From Oscillospiraceae bacterium (GTDB taxonomy: Bacteria; Bacillota; Clostridia; Oscillospirales; CAG-272), in NCBI GenBank assembly GCA_015064085.1, contig SVSX01000002.1, positions 9,282-73,281 of the forward strand: DNA of 64,000 bases. Reading direction: 5' to 3'. The translations under genes were made by a program, and so were the position numbers. Below are positions 21,206 to 29,475 of the stretch, piece by piece. The number at the start of each line of letters is the position of its first letter. The stretch's first letter is position 1. The notes beneath the pieces were generated by a model. That model worked only from the letters and a program-made list of their open reading frames with translations. It was not told the origin of the DNA and did no database searches.

Positions 21206-21249
21206 TAAAATTTTCCGAAAAAATTTTTAAAAAAATTTTATAAAACCTA

Positions 21250-21297
21250 TTGACAAATAGAAAAAGTGTGGTATAATTTATTTGTAATCATTCTTAA
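21250..21297 (+). promoter_or_regulatory. Consensus promoter plus Per/Fur-box-like operator
   Basis: TTGACA-16 bp-TATAAT with extended TG, then TTGTAATCATTCTTA, resembling the TTATAATNATTATAA Per box. Confidence 0.65.
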
Positions 21298-21309
21298 TAA
21301 GGAACAATT

Positions 21310-21711
21310 ATGAATAACAAAAGAAACACTTTGCAAAAACAGATCGTGTATGAGACCTTTGAGGCAATGCACAATCACCCCTCGGCAGGAATGGTTTACG
21401 AGGCTGTAAATGCCAAGTTCCCGGGGATAAGCAAAGCGACCGTCTACCGTTTACTTTCGGAAGCAGCAGAGGAGGGGAAGATACTCAGACTGAAGCTTGG
21501 AGGTTCAGCAGACGACAGATATGATATCACACTGAAAAAGCATTATCATATCGTGTGCAGAGAATGCGGCGCTGTGGCTGACGTTGAGGTTGACTTCGAC
21601 GACGAGCATCTTTCGGCAAACACGGTTGGAATGGAGGGCTTTAGCGTAGAGTCCTGTAACTTGGAATTTTGCGGTCTGTGTGCAGACTGCTTGAAAAATC
21701 AAAAAAATTAA
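21310..21711 (+). CDS. Fur-family repressor, probably PerR
   Basis: HPSA, ISKATVYR, HYHIVCRECG, CADC; upstream of rubrerythrin. Confidence 0.88.
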   Translation: MNNKRNTLQKQIVYETFEAMHNHPSAGMVYEAVNAKFPGISKATVYRLLSEAAEEGKILRLKLGGSADDRYDITLKKHYHIVCRECGAVADVEVDFDDEHLSANTVGMEGFSVESCNLEFCGLCADCLKNQKN

Positions 21712-21740
21712 AAAATATTTACTAAAAGGAGAAAAAAGCT

Positions 21741-22289
21741 ATGAAAAAATGGAGATGTAAGATTTGCGGAGAGATCGTTGAAGGAGATGCAGCACCCGAA
21801 AAGTGCCCCCTTTGCAAAGCTCCCGCTGAAAAGTTCGAAGAGGTAGTTGAGGATAAGATGACATGGGCTGCAGAGCACGTTGTAGGCGTTGCTAAGGGCG
21901 CACCCGAGGAGATCATTGAGGGCCTTCGCGCAAACTTCAACGGCGAGTGCATGGAGGTAGGTATGTACCTCGCAATGTCCAGAGTTGCGGCAAGAGAGGG
22001 CTATCCTGAGATCGCTCTTTATTGGAAGGAAGCAGCACTTGAGGAGGCAGAGCACGCAGCAAAGTTTGCTGAGCTTCTCGGAGAGGTAGTATGCGACTCC
22101 ACAAAGGAGAACCTCGCAGTAAGAGTTGCGGCTGAGAACGGCGCAACAGCAGGTAAGTTTGAGCTTGCAAAGCTTGCAAAGCAGCTGAATCTTGATGCTA
22201 TCCACGACACAGTTCACGAGATGGCAAGAGACGAAGCTCGTCACGGCAAGGCATTCCAGGGTCTTCTCGAGAGATATTTCGCTAAGTAA
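21741..22289 (+). CDS. rbr: Reverse rubrerythrin / NADH peroxidase
   Basis: N-terminal rubredoxin-like CKIC..CPLC; diiron motifs EEAEHA and DEARH. Confidence 0.93.
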   Translation: MKKWRCKICGEIVEGDAAPEKCPLCKAPAEKFEEVVEDKMTWAAEHVVGVAKGAPEEIIEGLRANFNGECMEVGMYLAMSRVAAREGYPEIALYWKEAALEEAEHAAKFAELLGEVVCDSTKENLAVRVAAENGATAGKFELAKLAKQLNLDAIHDTVHEMARDEARHGKAFQGLLERYFAK

Positions 22290-22356
22290 TTAAAAACCAA
22301 TAAACATAAGGCTTAAAACACCGAAGAGCGACCGCAAGGTCGCTCTTCTTTTATGC
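22131..22356 (+). repeat. Rubrerythrin 3' end plus terminator, copy 1 (intact gene)
   Basis: Aligns to 23817-24043; 22131-22240 is identical to 23817-23926. Confidence 0.95.
22323..22352 (+). terminator. Intrinsic terminator of rbr
   Basis: GAAGAGCGACC-GCAA-GGTCGCTCTTC-TTTT. Confidence 0.9.
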
Positions 22357-22484
22357 ACGGTTTGCAATAGCTTTTGTGATTTCTAATTGAAATTTTTTAA
22401 TTTGTGCCAAATTTGTTATAGACAGAAGGATATCTTTGAGTTATAATATATTTATAAAATTTGTGTGTTGAAAGGAAAGGTATT

Positions 22485-23507
22485 ATGTCACGAATCAATA
22501 TCAACATCGACGGACTTATTGAAAAAGCAGAGCAGACAGTTGCATCTCATAAGTTGGGAAAAGGAGACTATGCACGTTGGCTTTGGCAAAACGAAAAAAA
22601 TGACCGTGTGCTTGGCTCTAATCCATACGGTGTAGCCGATGCCGCTAATACCCTTTACATGATAGGCGATTTCCCACAGGATGATGAAGAGCGCGCTGAA
22701 TTTGTTCGTATTCTGAGGGAGTTCCAAGATCCCGAAACAGGCCTTTTTCATGAAGATACACACCATACTTATCACACAACAGCCCACTGTACTGCGGCAC
22801 TTGAACTTTTTGATAAGTTTCCCACATATCCTTTCACCGCGCTTAAAAAGCTTGATGACATAAACGAGCTTTACGAGTTTCTTGACGGTCTTGATTGGTT
22901 GGATACTCCATGGCCTACATCCCATAAGGGTGCGGGTGTTTTCGCAGCAAAGGTGATTGTTGAAAGACCTTCTGTTGAGTGGCAGAAGGCGTATTTTGAT
23001 TATCTTGACAGTCATTGTGACAAAAAGTACGGAATGAGCAGAGAGGGTATGATAGAAGCACTTCCCGAGGACAAAAGACATATAGATCACCATCTTAACG
23101 GATGGTTCCATTATTGCTTTAATTACAATCATTGCAAACGTCAATTCCCGTGTATCGAAACCTTTATAGATACGCTTATTGATATGTACGTAAATCAAAA
23201 GCTTCCCAAAAAAGTCTTTGGCAGATCGGTTGGATTCCGTGAGATAGATTGGGTATTCCCGTTAAATCGCGCCACATGGCAGGTTGGATATCGCAGAGAA
23301 GACGCAAAAGAGGCTATGCGCGATTTTGCGACAAAATATATCGAATATCTCGAATCTGTTGATATTAATAATGATGACCGCTGGAACGATCTTCACTCGC
23401 TTTTTGGTTGTGTGTGCTGCCTTTCAGAGCTTCAGCTTGCGCTTCCGGGTGAAATAATCTCCACAAAGCCGCTTAAAAACGTACTTGACAGAAGACCGTT
23501 TATTTAA
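22485..23507 (+). CDS. Hypothetical protein, possibly alpha/alpha-barrel (prenyltransferase-repeat-like QDPETGLF)
   Basis: 340-aa ORF with AAGG RBS; His-rich HHTYHTTAH segment; no confident family. Confidence 0.7.
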   Translation: MSRININIDGLIEKAEQTVASHKLGKGDYARWLWQNEKNDRVLGSNPYGVADAANTLYMIGDFPQDDEERAEFVRILREFQDPETGLFHEDTHHTYHTTAHCTAALELFDKFPTYPFTALKKLDDINELYEFLDGLDWLDTPWPTSHKGAGVFAAKVIVERPSVEWQKAYFDYLDSHCDKKYGMSREGMIEALPEDKRHIDHHLNGWFHYCFNYNHCKRQFPCIETFIDTLIDMYVNQKLPKKVFGRSVGFREIDWVFPLNRATWQVGYRREDAKEAMRDFATKYIEYLESVDINNDDRWNDLHSLFGCVCCLSELQLALPGEIISTKPLKNVLDRRPFI

Positions 23508-23570
23508 ATTGGATTACATCGAGAGCCCTCATTTGATGTCTCCTTCGAAAATCTTTCGTTTTATTTCTTA

Positions 23571-23599
23571 TTGACAGGGCTTTTTGAAAATAATATACT
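23571..23599 (+). promoter_or_regulatory. sigmaA promoter of truncated gene
   Basis: TTGACA-17 bp-TATACT. Confidence 0.7.
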
Positions 23600-23623
23600 G
23601 AAAAAATGAAAGGAGAGAAAGAT

Positions 23624-23821
23624 ATGAGTTCATTTGGATTCAATATTTTTGATTTCGGTGCTAAGGGTGACGGTATTACCGACGATACCGCCGCAATTCA
23701 GGCGGCAATAGATTTCGTGGCAGAGCGAGGAGGGGGCAAAATACTCTTTCCGTATACCAAAGGGGGATATCGTATTGCATCTCCCGCAATTGAAGAGGTA
23801 GACGGAAAGCCCGTTCGCTGA
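23624..23821 (+). pseudogene. Truncated pectate-lyase-superfamily / GH28-related beta-helix protein (N-terminus only)
   Basis: NIFDFGAKGDGITDDTAAIQAAID...GGGKILFP signature; ends at junction with rbr duplicate. Confidence 0.85.
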
Positions 23822-24043
23822 GAACGGCGCAACAGCAGGTAAGTTTGAGCTTGCAAAGCTTGCAAAGCAGCTGAATCTTGATGCTATCCACGACACAGTT
23901 CACGAGATGGCAAGAGACGAAGCTCGCCACGGCAAGGCATTCCAGGGTCTTCTTGAAAGATACTTTGGCTAATACTTAAAAGTCAATAAATATAAGGCTT
24001 TAGACACACAAAGAGCGACCAAAAGGTCGCTCTTCTTTTATGC
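23817..24043 (+). repeat. Rubrerythrin 3' end plus terminator, copy 2 (orphan fragment AENGA...LLERYFG*)
   Basis: 110 nt identical to copy 1, then synonymous differences; stop 23970-23972; terminator AAGAGCGACC-AAAA-GGTCGCTCTT at 24011-24034. Confidence 0.95.
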
Positions 24044-24068
24044 TTATATAGGCACAATGCTTAATTAG

Positions 24069-26438
24069 TTAGCTATTCATAGGGCTCTCGGTAAGATCTA
24101 ATTCCTCACCGTCCTCTGTGACTGTTTTTATGGCGTTGTGTGGAACGTTGATTGAAAGCTCCTTTCCAAAAAGCATTATTTGGGTGTTATGCTCTATGCC
24201 GTCAATGTCGAAGCAGCGAATAACGCTCTTGTCGGTTTCCTCTGAGTTCTTTATAGCTGAGACTATCAGTGTGTCGTCGTCGCATTCGTAACATCCCATC
24301 CTTTCGGGAAGAGAGCCGTGATGGAAGCTTGCCATAATGATCCTTGGCGCAAAATTAAGCTCAATAGCTTTTTTCTCTGTATCGGAAATGCTTCTGTGAG
24401 CAAATACCGAATAAGCAAATTCGGATACGCCTTGATCCATATATTCGCATTTGTTGTCTCTGTCACCGTAATGATCGGCATATACCGCGCCGCGAAGAAC
24501 GGTCAATCTCATTTCATTTGACTCGGTGTCATAGCCGTATTTCGAATCGTTTGCGACAGCTAATTTTCCGCTGATAATGAAGCTTCCGCAGGGTTCTTCT
24601 CCTGAATATGCCGTTCTTTCTACTGTGCCGTATGGAATCTTTGCTCTGACGCTGTTTTTACTCATAGGAAAGGTAAATTTGAGGGTTCTGTGCTTTTCGT
24701 GAAAATCTATTTTTGCTTTAACGTACACTCTGTCGTCATCCGCAAGTAGAGAAAAGTCTCTCGTTACGGTGGAAGTATTGAATGTAACTGTGGATCTGAG
24801 TGTTACTCTCACAGGTCCTTCCTCGATGATCTCAAATATCGGGTTTCCAAAGCACCCCACAGTATCCCCAAGACTTGTCTTGTCGTGAGCCCATGTGTCG
24901 CAATCGCTCTCGTCAAGCAATATCGCACTGCAGGGGCGATCGATCACATATTCTCCAACCTCCTTGTCAAAAAGCTTGCATATGTCACCTGTATTTGAAT
25001 CGAACTCAACGCAAAGTCTGCTGTTTTCAAGTCTTTGATTTGATATCGACATAGAAGAGCAGACCGTCAGCTTGCTTTCTTGTTTTGTGAATATTCTGTA
25101 GGTTGTATATCCGAGAGGAGGAATCTCTGCAATAAATGAGGTGTTATATATATCTCCGTTATGTCTTGTCTGCTCAGCTCTGGTGAGCTGGAAGGGGATC
25201 TCTTTTTCGTCAAATCCCGTTACTTTGCTTGCACGCTCGTTAACGCTGACACACGCATGCAGCTTCCAAGTGTGAGGATTGAATATAACAACCGGTATTC
25301 CCAAGCTCTCACTTTCCCATGTCTTTTTGTTTTTTATCATAGGTGACGGTAGCTCATTATCTCCAAGTGTGTCGATATCAAGCACGATCTTCTGCATAGC
25401 AAAATACATCTCTTGCTCGGTTATGCTCATCGTTTCGCCAAAGAGATAAGAGGCATCATTATATGCGCTCTTGATGGAACAGCCTCCGAGTATATCGTGG
25501 AACTGATTGAAAAGAAGATTTTTCCAAGCCTTGTTGAGCTTCTTTTTGGGATATTTGTAATCGGTCAGCTTGCTTGACATTGTGCAGAGCTTTTCTGCGG
25601 CAAGCAGATTTTGCTCACATCTTCGGTTTTCCTTTTTTATGTAGCTCAAAGCACTGTAGCAGCCTCTTGCGTGATGCTGAAGCTCACCCGAGATAGTGGG
25701 GAGATCCTTTTTGTTGAGATTATCAAAAAACTCATCGGGAGTAGCAAAGATACCGTCCGGTATATTTTCCTTGATTTCATTAATCAGTGCTATAGTAGGT
25801 CCGCCGCCGTGATTGCCGACTCCGTAAAAAAGCATGGAATCGTGCATCAGGCTATCCACGCATTTCTTTGCCTCGGTCAATACTTCCATTGTCGGACAGC
25901 CATAGCTTATCGGTATCCTGTAAGCTGTTACGGCACTTCCGTCGTCGCTTTCCCAATTAAAAAGGTATTCGTCGCGGTTCTGCTCGTTTGGTGAAGGACG
26001 CATAAAAACATAGCTGTTCATACCGCTTGCTTTCATTATTTTGGGGATAGAAGCATTGTGGCCGAAGGAATCCACGTTGTAGCCTGTTTTTGCTGTTATT
26101 CCGAATTTTTCCTTAAAATATCTCTGAGCAATAAGGCTATGTCTTGCAAGGCTTTCTCCACTTGGAATATTGCAATCGGGCTGAAGAAACCATCCGCCCG
26201 TTATACACCATCTTCCTTCTTTGACTCTCGTTTGTATTTCCGCGAACATATCGGGATCAAGCTTTTCAACGATCTGATAATAGGAAGCGCAGGCGCTTGT
26301 GTACTTGAAATCGGGGAATTCCTTCATTCTGTCAAGCGCGCTCCTATATGTGGCGAATATTTCGGAGAATCCTTCCTGCCATCTCCATAACCAAACGGGG
26401 TCAATGTGTGAGTTGCCTATCAAGTATAATTTGCTCAT
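24069..26438 (-). CDS. Alpha-mannosidase, GH38
   Basis: SHIDPVWLW, GESLAR, VDSFGH, YGVGNHGGGPT, NQFHDILGG. Confidence 0.92.
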   Translation of the reverse strand: MSKLYLIGNSHIDPVWLWRWQEGFSEIFATYRSALDRMKEFPDFKYTSACASYYQIVEKLDPDMFAEIQTRVKEGRWCITGGWFLQPDCNIPSGESLARHSLIAQRYFKEKFGITAKTGYNVDSFGHNASIPKIMKASGMNSYVFMRPSPNEQNRDEYLFNWESDDGSAVTAYRIPISYGCPTMEVLTEAKKCVDSLMHDSMLFYGVGNHGGGPTIALINEIKENIPDGIFATPDEFFDNLNKKDLPTISGELQHHARGCYSALSYIKKENRRCEQNLLAAEKLCTMSSKLTDYKYPKKKLNKAWKNLLFNQFHDILGGCSIKSAYNDASYLFGETMSITEQEMYFAMQKIVLDIDTLGDNELPSPMIKNKKTWESESLGIPVVIFNPHTWKLHACVSVNERASKVTGFDEKEIPFQLTRAEQTRHNGDIYNTSFIAEIPPLGYTTYRIFTKQESKLTVCSSMSISNQRLENSRLCVEFDSNTGDICKLFDKEVGEYVIDRPCSAILLDESDCDTWAHDKTSLGDTVGCFGNPIFEIIEEGPVRVTLRSTVTFNTSTVTRDFSLLADDDRVYVKAKIDFHEKHRTLKFTFPMSKNSVRAKIPYGTVERTAYSGEEPCGSFIISGKLAVANDSKYGYDTESNEMRLTVLRGAVYADHYGDRDNKCEYMDQGVSEFAYSVFAHRSISDTEKKAIELNFAPRIIMASFHHGSLPERMGCYECDDDTLIVSAIKNSEETDKSVIRCFDIDGIEHNTQIMLFGKELSINVPHNAIKTVTEDGEELDLTESPMNS

Positions 26439-26570
26439 ATCACTTCTCCTTGAATTAATAATGATTTTGACTACCCATTATTTTATACCTCAAAGAAAAT
26501 ATGTACAATGGAAAATCTTTTTATGTATATTGCTTTTCTTTGGTTTATTTGATATAATATATAAAAAGGG

Positions 26571-27374
26571 GTGAGATTCTTGCGGATATTTAAAAACAAA
26601 GACTATATAAAAAACGATATTATAAGCGCCTCCCAAAAGAGAGTTGTAAAGGACTGCAAGCATCACGGTCACGAATTCTTTGAAATTGAATATATAATTG
26701 AGGGGTCGGGAATATATGAAATAGATGGCAGGGAATACCGAATAGCTCCAAGCACACTGTTTTTCACAAAGCCAACAAATGTTCATGCCATTAGACACCC
26801 AAACGCGTCGATAATAAATGTTATGTTTACATACGATCTCAAAAATGACATTGTAGATATCAGCGACTTTCTTTTAAATCAGACACCTTGTTTTCATTTG
26901 GATGATAAGACAAATGATTTCTTCAGAGTAATTTTTTCTGAGATAGTGAGGGTGAATGAGAAGGAGGCGGAATACGCGATGACGCTTTTGAAGTGCGTGC
27001 TTTACCGATTGTCTGAGAGTAATGGCAAAGCAAACGTTTTTACACAGGCATCATCCTATGTGCGAAAGGCGGTAGTGTTTATTCACGAGAACTTTGCCTC
27101 GGATATCGGTCTTGGGGTAACGGCAAAGCACGTAGGACTTACGCCGTCATATTTTTCTGACCTATTTCATAAGGAACTTGGAGTTACGTTCAAGTCATAT
27201 CTTGACGAGATCAGGTTTTCATATGTGAGAAAGTTGCTTAAATATACAGATCTTTCGATAAAGGAGATACACTTTCGAGCAGGATTCTTTGATTATACTA
27301 ATTTCGAAAGGCGATTCAGAAAGCGGTATGGGATCACCCCCACCGCATACCGCGTAAAAGAAAACAACAAATGA
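26571..27374 (+). CDS. AraC-family regulator (cupin plus HTH), divergent from GH38
   Basis: HHGHEFFEIEY; YFSDLF...GFFDYTNFERRFRK..G.TP. Confidence 0.9.
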   Translation: MRFLRIFKNKDYIKNDIISASQKRVVKDCKHHGHEFFEIEYIIEGSGIYEIDGREYRIAPSTLFFTKPTNVHAIRHPNASIINVMFTYDLKNDIVDISDFLLNQTPCFHLDDKTNDFFRVIFSEIVRVNEKEAEYAMTLLKCVLYRLSESNGKANVFTQASSYVRKAVVFIHENFASDIGLGVTAKHVGLTPSYFSDLFHKELGVTFKSYLDEIRFSYVRKLLKYTDLSIKEIHFRAGFFDYTNFERRFRKRYGITPTAYRVKENNK

Positions 27375-27383
27375 AAACCAACA

Positions 27384-27425
27384 GGCAGAGCATTCGCGGC
27401 TCTTCTTGAGAGATACTTTGGCTAA
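27384..27425 (+). repeat. Rubrerythrin 3' end, copy 3 (GRAFAALLERYFG*)
   Basis: 36/42 nt identical to 23931-23972, in frame and with the same stop. Confidence 0.85.
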
Positions 27426-27480
27426 GAAAATCCTCACTATGGCGATTTGAAAAAATATTGTGAATAATTATCGCATTACA

Positions 27481-27509
27481 TTGAAAGAGCATCATTCCTA
27501 TGATACAAT
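27481..27509 (+). promoter_or_regulatory. sigmaA promoter inside putative cassette
   Basis: TTGAAA-17 bp-TACAAT with extended TG. Confidence 0.65.
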
Positions 27510-27585
27510 TAATACAATACTCGGTGAAAAGTGTTTGTGTAAACAGTCAGATCAACTATGAATTTATTTAACGGAGGTTTTAAAA

Positions 27586-27927
27586 ATGACAAAATTTCAA
27601 GAAAAATTGATTGCGGACGGCTATTGTGACGATCGCGGTGCAGGTTTCTGCGCAACTGCCACTAAACTGCCCAAAGGTGAATACGGTATTGTGGCTCTCT
27701 GTGTAAACGGAAATAAACTAAATCTGTTTGGTGTAGATATGAAAAGTAACATTGGCAAATTGTTGTATGTGGTGAATCTGAAGCAAATTGAAAATTTGAA
27801 GATTCGTACAGGACTCTTAAGCCAGGTATTGAAATTTGATTATGACGGTTATACCTATTCTTTTACAAATTTTGTTGGTGTAAAGCCCGCCTTAAATGTG
27901 ATTAAAGAAGAGGCCGGTAAACGATAA
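27586..27927 (+). CDS. Hypothetical protein (possibly PH-like fold), AT-rich
   Basis: 113-aa ORF with GGAGG RBS; stop lies within TAAATTCCGATTT. Confidence 0.75.
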   Translation: MTKFQEKLIADGYCDDRGAGFCATATKLPKGEYGIVALCVNGNKLNLFGVDMKSNIGKLLYVVNLKQIENLKIRTGLLSQVLKFDYDGYTYSFTNFVGVKPALNVIKEEAGKR

Positions 27928-27945
27928 ATTCCGATTTACCGGAAC

Positions 27946-27983
27946 AAAATAAGAGCAGGACTTGCGGGTCCTGCTCTTATTTT
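27946..27983. terminator. Bidirectional intrinsic terminator
   Basis: AAAATAAGAGCAGGAC-6 nt-GTCCTGCTCTTATTTT between convergent genes. Confidence 0.88.
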
Positions 27984-28013
27984 ATTGTATATTCGGTTTG
28001 ACTTGATCTGCGA

Positions 28014-28361
28014 TCAGGCGTAAACTATGAGAGCGATAAGATCGACAGGCTCACTTCCGTTATTCGCGACAGAGTGTCCGTTTCCCGAGGAGACTACAGC
28101 CGTGTCTCCAACGCACAGAGGATATTCTTTGCCGTTGTCATTATAGGTCGCCTCACCTCTTACAACGTAAAAGAGCTCACTTTCGTTCTCGTGAACGTGG
28201 TATCCTATCGATGCTCCGGGTTCAAGATGGATATTTCCGAAGAGTCTTCCTTTTTCGTTGAGCTCGGCGGAGGAGACGAACTCGGTCACGTAAACAGTAC
28301 CGTTCCCACCCTTCATATTCTTTCTTGCGTCTGCCTTGCATTCACTTGCTTTGATTATCAT
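28014..28361 (-). CDS. Cupin domain protein
   Basis: NMKGGNG, LEPGASIGYHVHENESE, GNGHSVAN. Confidence 0.9.
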   Translation of the reverse strand: MIIKASECKADARKNMKGGNGTVYVTEFVSSAELNEKGRLFGNIHLEPGASIGYHVHENESELFYVVRGEATYNDNGKEYPLCVGDTAVVSSGNGHSVANNGSEPVDLIALIVYA

Positions 28362-28583
28362 AACATTCTCCTTTTTTATGAGATGATTTTTTATAACACA
28401 GCTATTATAGCATACTAAACGGAAAAAGTAAATAATGAAAATAAAAAACAGCGCGGAGCACGTTTTTTGTTGATATTACCGGATGTTTTTTCCCTAAAGG
28501 ATTGTATTTTTTTTTAGACCGTGCTATAATATCAAATAAAGTTATTTTTATACTTTTAGAAGATCATAAAAAGAGGTGGAAAA

Positions 28584-29366
28584 ATGAAGCTTATCGATAA
28601 ACTTTGGAACTGGGGGCATCTTGAGGGGTCGCACAACGATTGCACACCGCTCGACTGCAAAATGACGCCCGAGGAATTCGCGCTTGAGTACGGAATAAAA
28701 AATGCCTTTGTGGTGTCTTACGGAGGGAATATCCGTCCGCCGTTTATGGATCTTGCAAACAGATTTTCCTGTCTCAAGGAAATAAAATGGTCGGTGCTTG
28801 GTGACGCAAGTACCCCTTTGCCCGAGTCGGAGCTCGGAAATACCGACGACATTATTGATGCTTTGGAGTCTAAGGCGAATATTACGGGTGGGGTAGTGGA
28901 CGATTTCTTTTCTCCTCAGCGTATGGAGCGCTTTACGCCCGAGGTGCTTAAGAAGATCAAGAACAAGCTCAATGAAAAGGGCTTGGATTTCTGGTGCGTT
29001 CTCTATGATCATCAGATGGAGCTCGAGCTTGAAAAATATATGGATTGCTTTGACGGCGTGACCTTTTGGCTGTGGGGCTGTGACAAGATCAATGATATGG
29101 AGTACCATTTGGAGAAAATTTTCGCTCTGGTAAAGGATAAGCCTCTGATGCTGGGAATCTATCTTTGGGATTACAAGGGAGGCAATGGTGGAAATCCAAT
29201 GGATCCCGTTTTGTTTGAAGCACAGCTTGCGAGATACTTTGAGCTGTTGAAAAACGGCAGAGCTGACGGCGTTATATTCTGCTCGAGCACTGTTGGAGAC
29301 GCAGATCTTGAATCGAACAGGATATTGAAAAGATATCTGCGCGACAACGGTGATCTCGAGATATAA
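28584..29366 (+). CDS. Hypothetical protein (possible TIM-barrel/glycoside hydrolase-like)
   Basis: 260-aa ORF with GAGGTG RBS and upstream TGCTATAAT; GGVVDDFF, DGVTFWLW, GIYLWDY beta-strand motifs. Confidence 0.7.
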   Translation: MKLIDKLWNWGHLEGSHNDCTPLDCKMTPEEFALEYGIKNAFVVSYGGNIRPPFMDLANRFSCLKEIKWSVLGDASTPLPESELGNTDDIIDALESKANITGGVVDDFFSPQRMERFTPEVLKKIKNKLNEKGLDFWCVLYDHQMELELEKYMDCFDGVTFWLWGCDKINDMEYHLEKIFALVKDKPLMLGIYLWDYKGGNGGNPMDPVLFEAQLARYFELLKNGRADGVIFCSSTVGDADLESNRILKRYLRDNGDLEI

Positions 29367-29475
29367 GCCTGAGCCCAAAAAGCTTTTAAAAATAGATGTA
29401 TCCTATTGCTATTTGGAAATTATTATGATATAATTGTTTCAATAAAACACATTTTGTTGAAGTATTGGAGGATTT

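Noticed and set aside
21206-21245. AT-rich palindromic stretch upstream of the perR-like promoter
   Set aside because: Low-complexity A/T tracts consistent with an UP element; no specific motif supportable
23624-23972. Programmed frameshift fusing the beta-helix stub to the rubrerythrin tail
   Set aside because: No slippery sequence at the junction and both parts are incomplete domains; better explained as a recombination scar
28548-29378. 276-aa minus-strand ORF
   Set aside because: The plus-strand ORF 28584-29366 has the RBS and promoter; the antisense frame lacks them
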